Shown here piece by piece: positions 28,385 to 38,187 of a DNA stretch of 64,000 nucleotides. Position 1 is the stretch's first letter. Each line of letters begins with the position of its first letter. The position numbers and the translations under genes are program-made. Under the pieces are notes generated by a model. That model was not told the DNA's origin. It searched no databases and worked only from the letters and a program-made list of their open reading frames with translations. Source of the DNA: an uncultured candidate division Zixibacteria bacterium (GTDB lineage Bacteria; Zixibacteria; MSB-5A5; UBA10806; 4484-95). Location: positions 864,001-928,000 of the forward strand of contig CAXXKA010000008.1 of NCBI GenBank assembly GCA_963668625.2, written 5' to 3'.

Positions 28385-29185
28385 TTAATGCCCATCCCAG
28401 CCGGCTACACGGGCCATCAACCACCAGAACGCCTTGCCTTTCTGGTAGCAGTTGAAACAATGCGAATGGGCGCAACTGCATGATTCGCAATCGTGGGCGG
28501 CGCACCAGTCCTCGCACCATTCGCAGGCATCGCTGGCATCCGGGTAGTAGTTGCCTACTGGATCATAGCTTTCGATATCGGCGAAATCGAACAATACTTT
28601 GCCGTTAGCCTGGCAGTAATCGCGTATCTGGTTGTTGCGGGCATACAGGTTGCCATCCACACCGGTTCCATCCAGATGGCCGGTCATGTATATGAAAGTA
28701 ACATTAGGATATTCCTGCTCCAACTGGTTTACCTTGTTAAGGTAGATATTGATGCCCTCCTCGGTATTGCTGGAAACTCCACCACACCATGACCACATGG
28801 CGATATTGCAGGTGTTGCCTTCCTGATCCAGTCTTTGCCGGGTTATCGGCGCCCAGGTCGTATCTCCCTCATATCCCAAATCATCGCCATATTCCGAAAG
28901 AGAAAGAGTACCGTCGCCCATATTGTACTCATACAGGCTAAGCTCGTTTTCCAAAAGGTACATTCCTGAGATAATCTGCCCGCCGTGTGAGGTATGTATA
29001 TAGAATATATCGAAATTCGCTTGAATCGAATCTATATATTGCTGGGGAATGTTATCGAAAGCGGCCGAGGCCAGGTGATTCGCGATGAGGAAATCCTCGG
29101 GATCGCCGCTATCGGTTGTTTTTGATTCATTGCAGCTGCCGAAAAGGCAAAACGCAATACATACAAATGTGATGATGCGTATCAT
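28385..29185 (-). CDS. Lipoprotein made of the same Cys-rich domain as the C-terminus of 19358-21055
   Basis: Lipobox FGSC; HTSHGGQ, WSWC, NNQIRDYC, LFDFADIESYDP, CSCAHSHCFNC. Confidence 0.8.
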   Translation of the reverse strand: MIRIITFVCIAFCLFGSCNESKTTDSGDPEDFLIANHLASAAFDNIPQQYIDSIQANFDIFYIHTSHGGQIISGMYLLENELSLYEYNMGDGTLSLSEYGDDLGYEGDTTWAPITRQRLDQEGNTCNIAMWSWCGGVSSNTEEGINIYLNKVNQLEQEYPNVTFIYMTGHLDGTGVDGNLYARNNQIRDYCQANGKVLFDFADIESYDPVGNYYPDASDACEWCEDWCAAHDCESCSCAHSHCFNCYQKGKAFWWLMARVAGWDGH

Positions 29186-29429
29186 AATTTATTCCTCCAA
29201 AGAAAAATATTCGTTTATATTTTCAATTCGGCAACTAGATTATTTATATTATTATTATTCGGAATATAATTAAACATTGACTGTAATATGGGCGGGGATT
29301 ATATTAATATTGATAATGCAGGGACATACAATCACCTGACTAGTTTTAATTGAAATAACGAGTTTTTTTTGTCAAATATTTTATTTTTTATAACCTATCT
29401 TACAAACTCTGTCAACCAAGGATTATCAA

Positions 29430-29828
29430 ATGATTGATCAGCAGAACTGCGGATGGCAAAAAGTAATAGCTCTTATGATGAGTTGTATTATGCTTTCAGT
29501 GGCGTTGACTCCCGGCATAGCAACCGCGCAAACTTGCGAGGAAGGCAAATGGGCGGGCGAGGAGGATGGCAACGCCGCCGGTAGTCCGGCCTGGATATTG
29601 GCCGGTATTGGTTGTGGATGTCTCGGTGTCGCCGGAGCAGCTTTGATTGTCGGCCAGGCGCCGGTGGAGAATTTCATCGGCCAATCGCCTGAATTCATCG
29701 CGTGCTACATGGACTCTTACAAGAAAGCCCGCCGCGAACGCCAGATAACGTATTCGATTATCGGATGGGGGATCTGGATGGTGATCTATTTCGCCGCTAT
29801 TTATCCTGATACTAAAGACGACGATTAA
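29430..29828 (+). CDS. Small exported membrane protein with Gly-rich hydrophobic segment
   Basis: Signal peptide ending ATA; AGIGCGCLGVAGAALIV; C-terminal TM. Confidence 0.65.
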   Translation: MIDQQNCGWQKVIALMMSCIMLSVALTPGIATAQTCEEGKWAGEEDGNAAGSPAWILAGIGCGCLGVAGAALIVGQAPVENFIGQSPEFIACYMDSYKKARRERQITYSIIGWGIWMVIYFAAIYPDTKDDD

Positions 29829-29833
29829 TCGCG

Positions 29834-30562
29834 ATGAGGTTATCCAGCCTGTTTCTGATTAACCGCTATAAGCTCATTTTTTTACTATTTATGCTTATGT
29901 TATCCGGGGTGGCTTATTCCTACTCACTGAAATCCCTGCAAGTTGATTTCTCCAGGTCGGTGCGCACGACCACCGGTGATAATACCTCCTTCGGGACGAT
30001 ATACTATTCCGAAAGCGGACTTTTTAAACTCAAGATTACCGAGCCGTTGAACCAGTGGCTCTTTTTTAACGGTGATAACTATGAAATATATTATCCTGAT
30101 GATAAAAAGGCGTTTCGTTTTTTCAGTAAACTACCTACGGGCCTGCCTTTTTTCGAGACCTTTATAGGAGTTATCAAGGAGGATTACGGCCTTTCCGATA
30201 TCGGCTATACTATCGAGAAACATGAGGTCCGGGCCGATACACTTTTCATGTACTGGAAACCGCCGGACTATCTGAAAGAGAATTTCGGTCGGTATTTGAT
30301 CTGCTACCTCGAGAATAAAATCATCCTCGCCAGTAGCAAAAACGCCGAGCATGAGGTCACTGTCAGATCATACTATTCGGATCATGTCGAATTCAATTCA
30401 GTGTACTTTCCGATGACCATCAAGACCGTAAAATATACCAGGAGCGATTCGACGGTGGAGACAGTAAATTACTCGGGGGAGATATTCAATCAGGACCTGC
30501 CGGAGAATATCCTCGATATGAAAATACCGTCCGATATCGCAGTCAAGGAAATCGAATGGTAG
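29834..30562 (+). CDS. LolA-like periplasmic carrier-fold protein
   Basis: SLQVDFS..GTIYY..FKLKITEP..FNGDNYEIYYPDDKKA pattern resembles LolA; signal peptide. Confidence 0.6.
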   Translation: MRLSSLFLINRYKLIFLLFMLMLSGVAYSYSLKSLQVDFSRSVRTTTGDNTSFGTIYYSESGLFKLKITEPLNQWLFFNGDNYEIYYPDDKKAFRFFSKLPTGLPFFETFIGVIKEDYGLSDIGYTIEKHEVRADTLFMYWKPPDYLKENFGRYLICYLENKIILASSKNAEHEVTVRSYYSDHVEFNSVYFPMTIKTVKYTRSDSTVETVNYSGEIFNQDLPENILDMKIPSDIAVKEIEW

Positions 30563-31017
30563 ATTTGAAGAGCGTGATTCGATTCACATTTTCGGTTTTG
30601 CTATTGTCATTTTCGCATCTTTATGCCGGTAATTATATCGATGACATGAATTTCATCCTCGGCTACGAGCAGGCAACGGAAGTATCGCCACGGCTTGAAA
30701 ATCCCGAAAGTACCCCTCAAGCCAATGAGTTTAAAATGGCGATGACCGGCGCTATCAGGTTTTACCAGGCCGCCATATCCTCGCAGGATTTATCGGTATG
30801 CGTATTCCAGCCGAGTTGCTCGCATTTCGGTATGGATGCTATCAGACATTATGGCCCGATTCATGGCTTGTTGATGACCTCCGATAGGCTGCTTAGATGT
30901 CACAGTTACGGCAAGGTTTATTACCCATACGATTTCAAGCATGATAAAGCGCTGGACTTGCCGCTCGAGAATTTCTACCTGTTTTACGATCCTCGGGATC
31001 ATGGCAGCTATCGATAA
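30556..31017 (+). CDS. yidD: YidD-like protein with N-terminal signal peptide
   Basis: IRFYQAAIS..CVFQPSCSHFG..G..GLLMTSDRLLRCH. Confidence 0.82.
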   Translation: MVDLKSVIRFTFSVLLLSFSHLYAGNYIDDMNFILGYEQATEVSPRLENPESTPQANEFKMAMTGAIRFYQAAISSQDLSVCVFQPSCSHFGMDAIRHYGPIHGLLMTSDRLLRCHSYGKVYYPYDFKHDKALDLPLENFYLFYDPRDHGSYR

Positions 31018-31046
31018 TCGGTTAACGAGAAAAAAGTAGTGGTGTT

Positions 31047-31940
31047 TTGAAATCGATTTTCCTGATATGCTCGTTATTGTTTTGGCTCATCGGTGTGGCG
31101 CTTTCGTATGGTGATGATTCACTCGAGGTGAATTATTACACGCCGGAAAATATCTACAAATTCGCGAACGCGCTTTATGCCGAGGGCGACTACGCCCGGG
31201 CGGCGGCGGAATACCGGAGATATCTTCATTTCTCGGAAATCACCACTAATGAAAAATCAGCGATTGAGTACGAAATAGGCTTGTGCTATAAGAAAGCTGA
31301 GCAGTACACTAAAGCTATAGATCATTTTCGACTTTCGATAGACTGCTCCGGCAATATCGCCCGCTCCGATACCGCTCATTACCAGATCGGTTTAGCTTAT
31401 TTTGGCAACGAGCAATACGATAATTCCTCGAAATACATAAATACTTTCATAACCGAGGTTAAAAGCGACAGTGTCAAAAATCGGATGAGCGTTATTAGAG
31501 GTATAAATTGTTTGTACCGTAGAAACTGGCAAGATGCCCGAAAAACGATCTCATCTTTCCCGGAGGGATATTGGGATGTTCCCGTGATGAACTGGTTCGA
31601 TAATATCTCGGATCAGGCCTCGCGGATAAATCATAAAAGCCCGCTGGCCGCCGGCGTGATGTCTACACTCATTCCCGGATCGGGTAAAATATATGCCTCG
31701 CGTTTCCGGGATGGTGTTTACTCGATGGTGATAATCGGCCTGACCGCCTGGCAGGCTTATGATGGTTTCGATGAACACGGGACAAACTCTACAAAAGGAT
31801 GGATTTATTCGACCATCGGTGGCGTATTTTATCTGGGCAATATTTACGGCTCGGCGGTAGCCGCTAAAATATATAATAATCAGCAGGAGGATAAATTCCT
31901 AACCCGGCTGGGGGCCGAATTCATTTTATATTTTGATTAA
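31047..31940 (+). CDS. TPR protein with C-terminal TM2/DUF5683-like membrane module
   Basis: TPR helices; KSPLAAGVMSTLIPGSGKIY; YLGNIYGS; TTG start. Confidence 0.75.
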   Translation: MKSIFLICSLLFWLIGVALSYGDDSLEVNYYTPENIYKFANALYAEGDYARAAAEYRRYLHFSEITTNEKSAIEYEIGLCYKKAEQYTKAIDHFRLSIDCSGNIARSDTAHYQIGLAYFGNEQYDNSSKYINTFITEVKSDSVKNRMSVIRGINCLYRRNWQDARKTISSFPEGYWDVPVMNWFDNISDQASRINHKSPLAAGVMSTLIPGSGKIYASRFRDGVYSMVIIGLTAWQAYDGFDEHGTNSTKGWIYSTIGGVFYLGNIYGSAVAAKIYNNQQEDKFLTRLGAEFILYFD

Positions 31941-32802
31941 TTCGAGATACGTGTTCATAATATCGATCTTGATAAGTTTCATAACTTATCCCCTCGCCGC
32001 CTATGGGGACGCAGCCTTGGAGCTTGCCGATGACCTTTATAAAGGCCAATACTACGAGGAATCGATTACGGAATATAAGCGGTATATGTTTTTTAACCCC
32101 GGTAGTGATCGACTGGATTACGCTTTCAGGCAGATCGGTTACGCTTATCGGCAAAACCATGAATTGGAAAAATCCATTCGGGCTTTCGGAAATGCCATTG
32201 CAGCGGCAAAAAACGACAGCCTGGCTGATGAGATAAAGATCGATTTAGGTGTCACAGCCATAGCCTCCGGCAACTACGAAAAGGCGGAGGCGATATTGCT
32301 GAAACTGGCATATTTCGACAAACACTATAATATAAAAGCCAAAGCCTCCCTGTACCTCTGTATCAATATGATCTATAAATATGAATGGTCGGAGGCTCGG
32401 GCCGCTTATGCCAACTATCTAAAATATATCGTGGATGAAGCTAACGGAGTCTATCTCAGCGACTCGCTGTTTCTGGCAACAGCCGATATCCATCTCAAAT
32501 CACCCCGGTTGGCTAAAACCTTATCGACATTCCTGCCCGGCAGCGGCCAGATATACGCTGGGAACTGGTTTAACGGCCTTAACGCGCTGATTATCAACGG
32601 CGGGCTGGGGTACCTGGCGGGCGATTCGATAATCGAGGGCAATTACGCGGATGGTATATTGAATTATTTCATGTTGTTTTTACGGTACTATCGGGGGAAT
32701 CGTCATAACGCGGAAACACTGACCTTGCTGTATAACGAGAAGTATAATAAAAGAACAGCCGATTCGATTCTCGAGACCATACGATTCATAAAACACGAGT
32801 AA
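31933..32802 (+). CDS. TPR protein with C-terminal TM2-like module (paralog)
   Basis: EYKRY TPR; KSPRLAKTLSTFLPGSGQIYAG; overlaps previous gene. Confidence 0.75.
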   Translation: MINSRYVFIISILISFITYPLAAYGDAALELADDLYKGQYYEESITEYKRYMFFNPGSDRLDYAFRQIGYAYRQNHELEKSIRAFGNAIAAAKNDSLADEIKIDLGVTAIASGNYEKAEAILLKLAYFDKHYNIKAKASLYLCINMIYKYEWSEARAAYANYLKYIVDEANGVYLSDSLFLATADIHLKSPRLAKTLSTFLPGSGQIYAGNWFNGLNALIINGGLGYLAGDSIIEGNYADGILNYFMLFLRYYRGNRHNAETLTLLYNEKYNKRTADSILETIRFIKHE

Positions 32803-32846
32803 CTGATCTACATTCCGGGCTGGCCTATAATTACAGGATCTGATTC

Positions 32847-33677
32847 CTACTGTGGCGTATTTTCCATCCGGGTATAATCTATTTCAGAACCAAGGGTACT
32901 GTGCGGTATAAGGTAAACCAGAAGCGTAACGACCGCGGCGATTATCGCCCAGGTATGCCTCCCGTAGCCTCGTGATTTGGCTTTCCAGAACGATACGACC
33001 CAGAATATTACGGCGAAAAGAGTTTTATTATCGGTTAAATCACTGCCGGCAGGCCAGCCTGTCCAAAACGCGCCGAAAGCGAATTTCTGCACGATCGGGC
33101 CGAGTATCAGGCCGCCCAGAGCCAATCCAACCAGGGTGATGAGGTTCAACCGGTATAAGTTGTTGCCGCCGATGATTCCCTCGAGGCCGGTACGGGTGGC
33201 TAAAAGCATCCCGGTGAACATGAAAAATATATGCGGGAAAAGCACGTATGACGGCACCGCTCCTTTGAATCGGATCACGACAGTCTCCTCGGTCAGGGGA
33301 TATTTCGTGCCTTCGCTGTCTGATAGGGTCACCTCGTACATTACCTTGCCTGCCGAGGGCTGTTTGGGGATCGTGACTACCAGGTTATCGCCTTTACGCG
33401 GTAGAGTTTCGGTAGTCCATTCATCATAGCTCTTATAACGCTTGAATGTCATCTCGCCGGTGATCGATTTATCGGGCGCGTATAGCTCCATCACGGCATC
33501 ATCGGTGGTATCGTGCGAGCGTAGTAGTCGATAACTGATCTTCTGGTCATCTATAGTGACACTACCGCGCACGGGGTATGTCGGCCCGGTTGCTCGTTGA
33601 TAGGCAACGGATGCCAGAGTAAGCAGAACCGTAATTATCCAGAGCAGAGCTGTTTTCCAGGGTTTTGTCGCGCCCAT
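32847..33677 (-). CDS. Uncharacterised membrane protein
   Basis: N-terminal TM, periplasmic domain, four C-terminal TMs; PHS and WTGWP motifs. Confidence 0.7.
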   Translation of the reverse strand: MGATKPWKTALLWIITVLLTLASVAYQRATGPTYPVRGSVTIDDQKISYRLLRSHDTTDDAVMELYAPDKSITGEMTFKRYKSYDEWTTETLPRKGDNLVVTIPKQPSAGKVMYEVTLSDSEGTKYPLTEETVVIRFKGAVPSYVLFPHIFFMFTGMLLATRTGLEGIIGGNNLYRLNLITLVGLALGGLILGPIVQKFAFGAFWTGWPAGSDLTDNKTLFAVIFWVVSFWKAKSRGYGRHTWAIIAAVVTLLVYLIPHSTLGSEIDYTRMENTPQ

Positions 33678-33845
33678 TTAGTCATCCTATCTTTGAAAAA
33701 TTAATCATCATAACCAAGTAACCCCTACTCGGGTTTCTATTTTCTCATAGGATAATAATAATATATTCGTTTTTGAATCAAGTAAACCATTATCGTAGCT
33801 GGAGAATGTGCGGGTCACTATTAGAATCATATATATCAGGAATAC

Positions 33846-34649
33846 TTAGAACTTGTGGATATCTTTGCCACAATGGGGACATTTATTTACTTGTGTTTTA
33901 TTTTGTAGATATTCAATAAAACCTGATCCTAATATGCCCGCGGGAAGCGCGAATAAGCCAATTCCCAAAATCGAAATTATTGCACCAAATATTTTACCCA
34001 GTGCGGTTACAGGAAAAACATCGCCATAGCCTACTGTAGTAAGAGTCGCGACCCCCCACCACATCGCTGTTGGGATATTAGGAAAAGCATCCGGTTGAAT
34101 ATCTTTTTCAAGAAAATACATGATGCTTGAAGACATGATTAATAAAACCATTACGCCCAACAAAGTCATTCCGATTTGGGTACTCTTTGTTTTAAAAACA
34201 AATGCTAAAGCTCTCATTGATTCAAAATACCTTGATAGCTTTAATATACGAATAATTCGAAACACCCTGATCGTTCTCAGAATACGTAGATCTATCCCCA
34301 AAAATAAAGGGATGAAAAAAGGTAGAATCGCAAAGAGATCAATTAATAGCATTGGTTTAATAGCATATTTTAAACGTCCTGAGATTACTCCTTGATATTT
34401 ACTTTCGGATGTACATGAATAAACTCGAAGTAAATATTCTATACTGAAAATAGTAACAGATACTATTTCGAAATAATAAAAAAATATATGATAGTGAGTG
34501 GCAAGGTTGTTATATGATTCTAAAATAACAGCAATAACATTTAAAAGTATTAGTAAAATTATAAATATGTTAACTGTTTTACTAAATCCATCTTTTCCTC
34601 GAGGGATTTCAATAATTTCATAGATTCTTTGCTTTAATAGTTTACTCAT
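33846..34649 (-). CDS. 6-TM voltage-gated potassium channel (Ion_trans)
   Basis: S4 LRILRTIRVFRIIRILKLSR; TTVGYGD selectivity filter; CPHCG tail; AT-rich. Confidence 0.93.
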   Translation of the reverse strand: MSKLLKQRIYEIIEIPRGKDGFSKTVNIFIILLILLNVIAVILESYNNLATHYHIFFYYFEIVSVTIFSIEYLLRVYSCTSESKYQGVISGRLKYAIKPMLLIDLFAILPFFIPLFLGIDLRILRTIRVFRIIRILKLSRYFESMRALAFVFKTKSTQIGMTLLGVMVLLIMSSSIMYFLEKDIQPDAFPNIPTAMWWGVATLTTVGYGDVFPVTALGKIFGAIISILGIGLFALPAGILGSGFIEYLQNKTQVNKCPHCGKDIHKF

Positions 34650-34658
34650 ATCATAGTA

Positions 34659-35489
34659 TTATTGATTTCTATCTCGTAGTAATCTTTCGGACACACTTAA
34701 ATTCTTAATACTAGTATTATCTTTTTTCTTGTTCGCTGATATATTCTTTTTGAGGCTTTTTTTATTAATTTTAACGATTTTCTGTTTAGCCTTTAATGCT
34801 TCATCACCTTCTATAACATCCCTTTTCAATACTTCATTCTTTAATATTTTCTCGATTTCATCTGATTCAACCTTTATTCCCGTTGCTAGCTTTCTAATAT
34901 CTCTTTTTATGATGTTAATTACAGGCTCACTAACAACCAATGAACCGATCACGAATCTGTTTACGCTTTGAACTCTCTCATAAAAATCTTCACGTACAGA
35001 TTTACCAACGCCTTCCTTGGTTAATAAATACAACTTATTTTGATCTTCAAGCTTTCTGTAATTGATATCCAAAAAGCTAAACGAAGTTACAAGATCATGC
35101 TCAACCGGTCTCTCGAATCTAATTTTATAAAGCTCCCAATTTATACCATTAGTTAATACGACCCATTGAACGCCCTTATTAACACCATATTCTATTACTT
35201 GGCGCAGGTGTTGTTCTTTTAATGTCAAACCAACAGCTTTGACCTCTATCAGGAATTGTATTTTGTCATTCATTTTAATTGCTAAATCGCAAAACATATT
35301 ACGAATAGCATATTCACTCGTTATTTCAATATATTTCTGATATCCAAACACTTCCGCGAGTATGTCTTGAATGATCGAGACTGTATCAGCCTCATTAATA
35401 TCCCTATCCTGAGCAATTTTCAATACTTTCTGAAATTTACTCATCGAATTCTTATAACGTTCAATGACTTTTTTAGGTAGATTTGCCAT
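34659..35489 (-). CDS. Stand-alone HsdR_N-like PD-(D/E)xK nuclease
   Basis: NEADT, SEY..FCDLAI..LIEVKA, QVIEY, VVLTNG; GGAGG RBS; AT-rich. Confidence 0.82.
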   Translation of the reverse strand: MANLPKKVIERYKNSMSKFQKVLKIAQDRDINEADTVSIIQDILAEVFGYQKYIEITSEYAIRNMFCDLAIKMNDKIQFLIEVKAVGLTLKEQHLRQVIEYGVNKGVQWVVLTNGINWELYKIRFERPVEHDLVTSFSFLDINYRKLEDQNKLYLLTKEGVGKSVREDFYERVQSVNRFVIGSLVVSEPVINIIKRDIRKLATGIKVESDEIEKILKNEVLKRDVIEGDEALKAKQKIVKINKKSLKKNISANKKKDNTSIKNLSVSERLLRDRNQ

Positions 35490-35539
35490 AGTATCCTCCG
35501 TAAAGGTTAGAATCAACATGTACCCCTAATTACAGATAT

Positions 35540-35568
35540 AATTTATATAATAGTATTACCCGTGTCAA
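35540..35568 (-). promoter_or_regulatory. Sigma70-type promoter of the AT-rich islet
   Basis: Minus strand TTGACA-N17-TAAATT. Confidence 0.6.
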
Positions 35569-35681
35569 TAAAGAATTAATCTTAAATTGTTACATACTCC
35601 ACTATTGACTTCTCAGATACCAGCCAATATATTGAACCGGTTTTGAAATCAGGCATTGAGTCTGAACTAAGGAGATTAGCG

Positions 35682-36221
35682 ATGATTAAGAAAAGTGCCC
35701 ACGATATCATGATCCCAATCAACAAATATCCCAATATATTCAGCGGCGCAACCGTTAAAGAGGCTATCGCCGAATTCGAGCACGCGTTTCTTCATGTTGA
35801 CGGGCAGATGTCATTACCCAGGGCGCTTCTGGTTATCGACAAGAATCATACCCTGTTGGGTATGATCCGCCGCCGCGATATTTTAAAAGCTCTCGAACCT
35901 AAATATATGCAGCCAATGGCGCATCACCACCAGAAAGAGCTCATCGATATCGAGGGTTCGCCCGAACTGGCCGCATTATCGGCTGGCAAACTGATTAATT
36001 CGATAAAAGCTCAGGCTACACAGAAAATCGATGATATAATGCTGCCGGCGGAGCTGATGTTCACAGCCGGTTATGATGATCATATAGCTAAAATCATATA
36101 TGTAATGGCTATCAAAGATTTGAATTTGATGCCGGTTATGCGTGATGGTCAAGTCGTTGGAGTGGTTAGAAGCGTTGATGTTTTTCACGAGATTGCCCAT
36201 CTATTTACAGAGGAAGAATGA
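35682..36221 (+). CDS. CBS domain pair protein
   Basis: AHDIMIP, LLVID..LGMI..RDIL, MPVMRDGQVVGVVRSVDVF; AAGGAG RBS. Confidence 0.85.
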   Translation: MIKKSAHDIMIPINKYPNIFSGATVKEAIAEFEHAFLHVDGQMSLPRALLVIDKNHTLLGMIRRRDILKALEPKYMQPMAHHHQKELIDIEGSPELAALSAGKLINSIKAQATQKIDDIMLPAELMFTAGYDDHIAKIIYVMAIKDLNLMPVMRDGQVVGVVRSVDVFHEIAHLFTEEE

Positions 36222-36283
36222 ATCCGTTTTTTCCTCTAATCATTAGAAATAAATAATTTAACTAATAGACGGAGGATAGCAGC

Positions 36284-38134
36284 CTGAACCCCGCAGCTCA
36301 CGAAATTCATCTGGCACGGGGCCCCCGCCGAATCGACTGGAAACGTCTGGCCTTTATCTTTCTCGGCCTTTCCCTTTTTACAATCGTATTTTTCTCACCG
36401 GACTGGCCGGAGGCAATCGACCCTATGGGGAAGGTGTTTCAACTCTCGTACGAGGGTAAAGCAGCCCTGGGATTGTTTCTACTGGCCGCCACCTGGTGGG
36501 TATTCGAGGTCGTTCCCATCGGTGTGACATCCATAACGATCGGCGTGATTCAAGCCCTGTTTTTAATTCGTCCCGCGAAAATCGCATTCAGCGATTTCAT
36601 GGACCCATCCGTGTGGTTCATTATCGGCTCACTGGTTATCGGTATGTCGTTTTCCAAAACGGGCCTGACCAAACGCATGGCCTACAAGATGCTCCAACTG
36701 GTGGGCGAGAAAACGAGCATGATCTATCTGGGGGTTTTCGTTATGACAGCCGGATTGACGTTGATCATGGCGCATACCGCTGTAGCCGCCGCGCTTTATC
36801 CTCTGCTTATAGCCATTTATTCTCTATACGAGGAGGATAACAAGCCCACCAAATTCGGCAAGGGCCTGTTCATGGGGATGGCTTTCGTGGCCGGAGCAGG
36901 TTCGATTATCACCCTGCTGGGCGCCGCCAGAGGAGCGGTGGCCATCGGCTTTTTCAAGGATATCATCGGCCGCGAGGTTTCGTTTTTCGAATTATCGTAC
37001 TACATGGCCCCGGTCGGCATAAGCATGACTATTATTCTCTGGCTGTTTTTCATGGTATTTTTCAAGCCCGAACGTAAAACCATACCCGGTTTGCGAGAGC
37101 GCGCCGCCGACTTGAACAAACAACTCGGCCCGATGACCAGAATCGAGATTCTTACGCTTATCATAGTATTCGCCGCGATTATCACTATGAGTTTGAGATC
37201 GTTTGTTCCGGCGTTGGGTCCTATCAACAAAAGCGCGATTATTCTCGTTTCCACGATATTATTCTTTCTACTGGGTATATTAAAAATCGATGACCTGGAG
37301 AAGATACCCTGGAATATAGTGCTGCTTTTCGGCGGAGCCATGAGTATCGGTTTTTGCCTGTGGCAAACCGGCGCGGCAAGCTGGCTGGCTATCAAGTGGC
37401 TGGGAATTCTTCAAGACGCTCACTGGTTCATATTCGTAATCGGCGTCTCCTGCTTCGTTCTGATAATGACTAATTTCATCATGAACGTCGCGGCTATCGC
37501 CATAAGCTTACCGGTCGCACTGGTGATCGCGCCTTACCTGGGAGTCGCTCCCGAGGTGATATTCTATTCGGCCCTGGTCGTGGCAGGTATGCCGTTTTTA
37601 CTCCTGGTTGGAGCGGCGCCGAATGCAATCGCTTACGAATCGAAACAGTTTACCTCGGGGGAATTTTTCGGCTATGGTATACCCGCCAGTATAATCCTGG
37701 TAATACTCCTGGGTGTATTCGTTTGGATCGTTTGGCCCATGATGGGAATGCCCACACAGGCCGAGAAGGTAACCGGTGATCGGGTCATGCATGTCATGGT
37801 GACATCAATGGATGGCGATTACTCATCTTCGCTTTCCGAGTCGGTGGAGGGTTCGGGAATGAAGGCCTCGCTTTGCAGTGATGCTGAAAAAGCGGTAGAG
37901 TTAGTCGGCAAAACCATGCCTGATATCATCGTGCTGGATTTCGAGTCGCACGATTACGGCAGTTTATATTATCGATTGAAACTAGAATATCCCGAGATTA
38001 AAGTGATTATTCTGTCCCGACAGGGTTCATCGATCAATTCCGAATTCGGTATTTCGGAACATTTGAACAAACCGATATCTCCAGATTCGTTGATGGGCTA
38101 TGTTAACCGTGCCTTGTTTCAAGTAGAAAACTGA
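36284..38134 (+). CDS. SLC13/DASS-family permease with C-terminal receiver-like domain; probable CTG start
   Basis: WWVFEVVP, GAARGAVA, IPWNIVLLFGG, GAAPNAIAY; GGAGG-N8-CTG in frame with ATG 36425. Confidence 0.85.
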   Translation: MNPAAHEIHLARGPRRIDWKRLAFIFLGLSLFTIVFFSPDWPEAIDPMGKVFQLSYEGKAALGLFLLAATWWVFEVVPIGVTSITIGVIQALFLIRPAKIAFSDFMDPSVWFIIGSLVIGMSFSKTGLTKRMAYKMLQLVGEKTSMIYLGVFVMTAGLTLIMAHTAVAAALYPLLIAIYSLYEEDNKPTKFGKGLFMGMAFVAGAGSIITLLGAARGAVAIGFFKDIIGREVSFFELSYYMAPVGISMTIILWLFFMVFFKPERKTIPGLRERAADLNKQLGPMTRIEILTLIIVFAAIITMSLRSFVPALGPINKSAIILVSTILFFLLGILKIDDLEKIPWNIVLLFGGAMSIGFCLWQTGAASWLAIKWLGILQDAHWFIFVIGVSCFVLIMTNFIMNVAAIAISLPVALVIAPYLGVAPEVIFYSALVVAGMPFLLLVGAAPNAIAYESKQFTSGEFFGYGIPASIILVILLGVFVWIVWPMMGMPTQAEKVTGDRVMHVMVTSMDGDYSSSLSESVEGSGMKASLCSDAEKAVELVGKTMPDIIVLDFESHDYGSLYYRLKLEYPEIKVIILSRQGSSINSEFGISEHLNKPISPDSLMGYVNRALFQVEN

Positions 38135-38187
38135 CAGGTCGCCCGGAAGTAAATGAGAATCGCTATATTAGACTGGGAATCAATCCA

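Noticed and set aside
34659-35489. Type I restriction-modification system
   Set aside because: Only the nuclease domain is present; no helicase motifs, hsdM or hsdS
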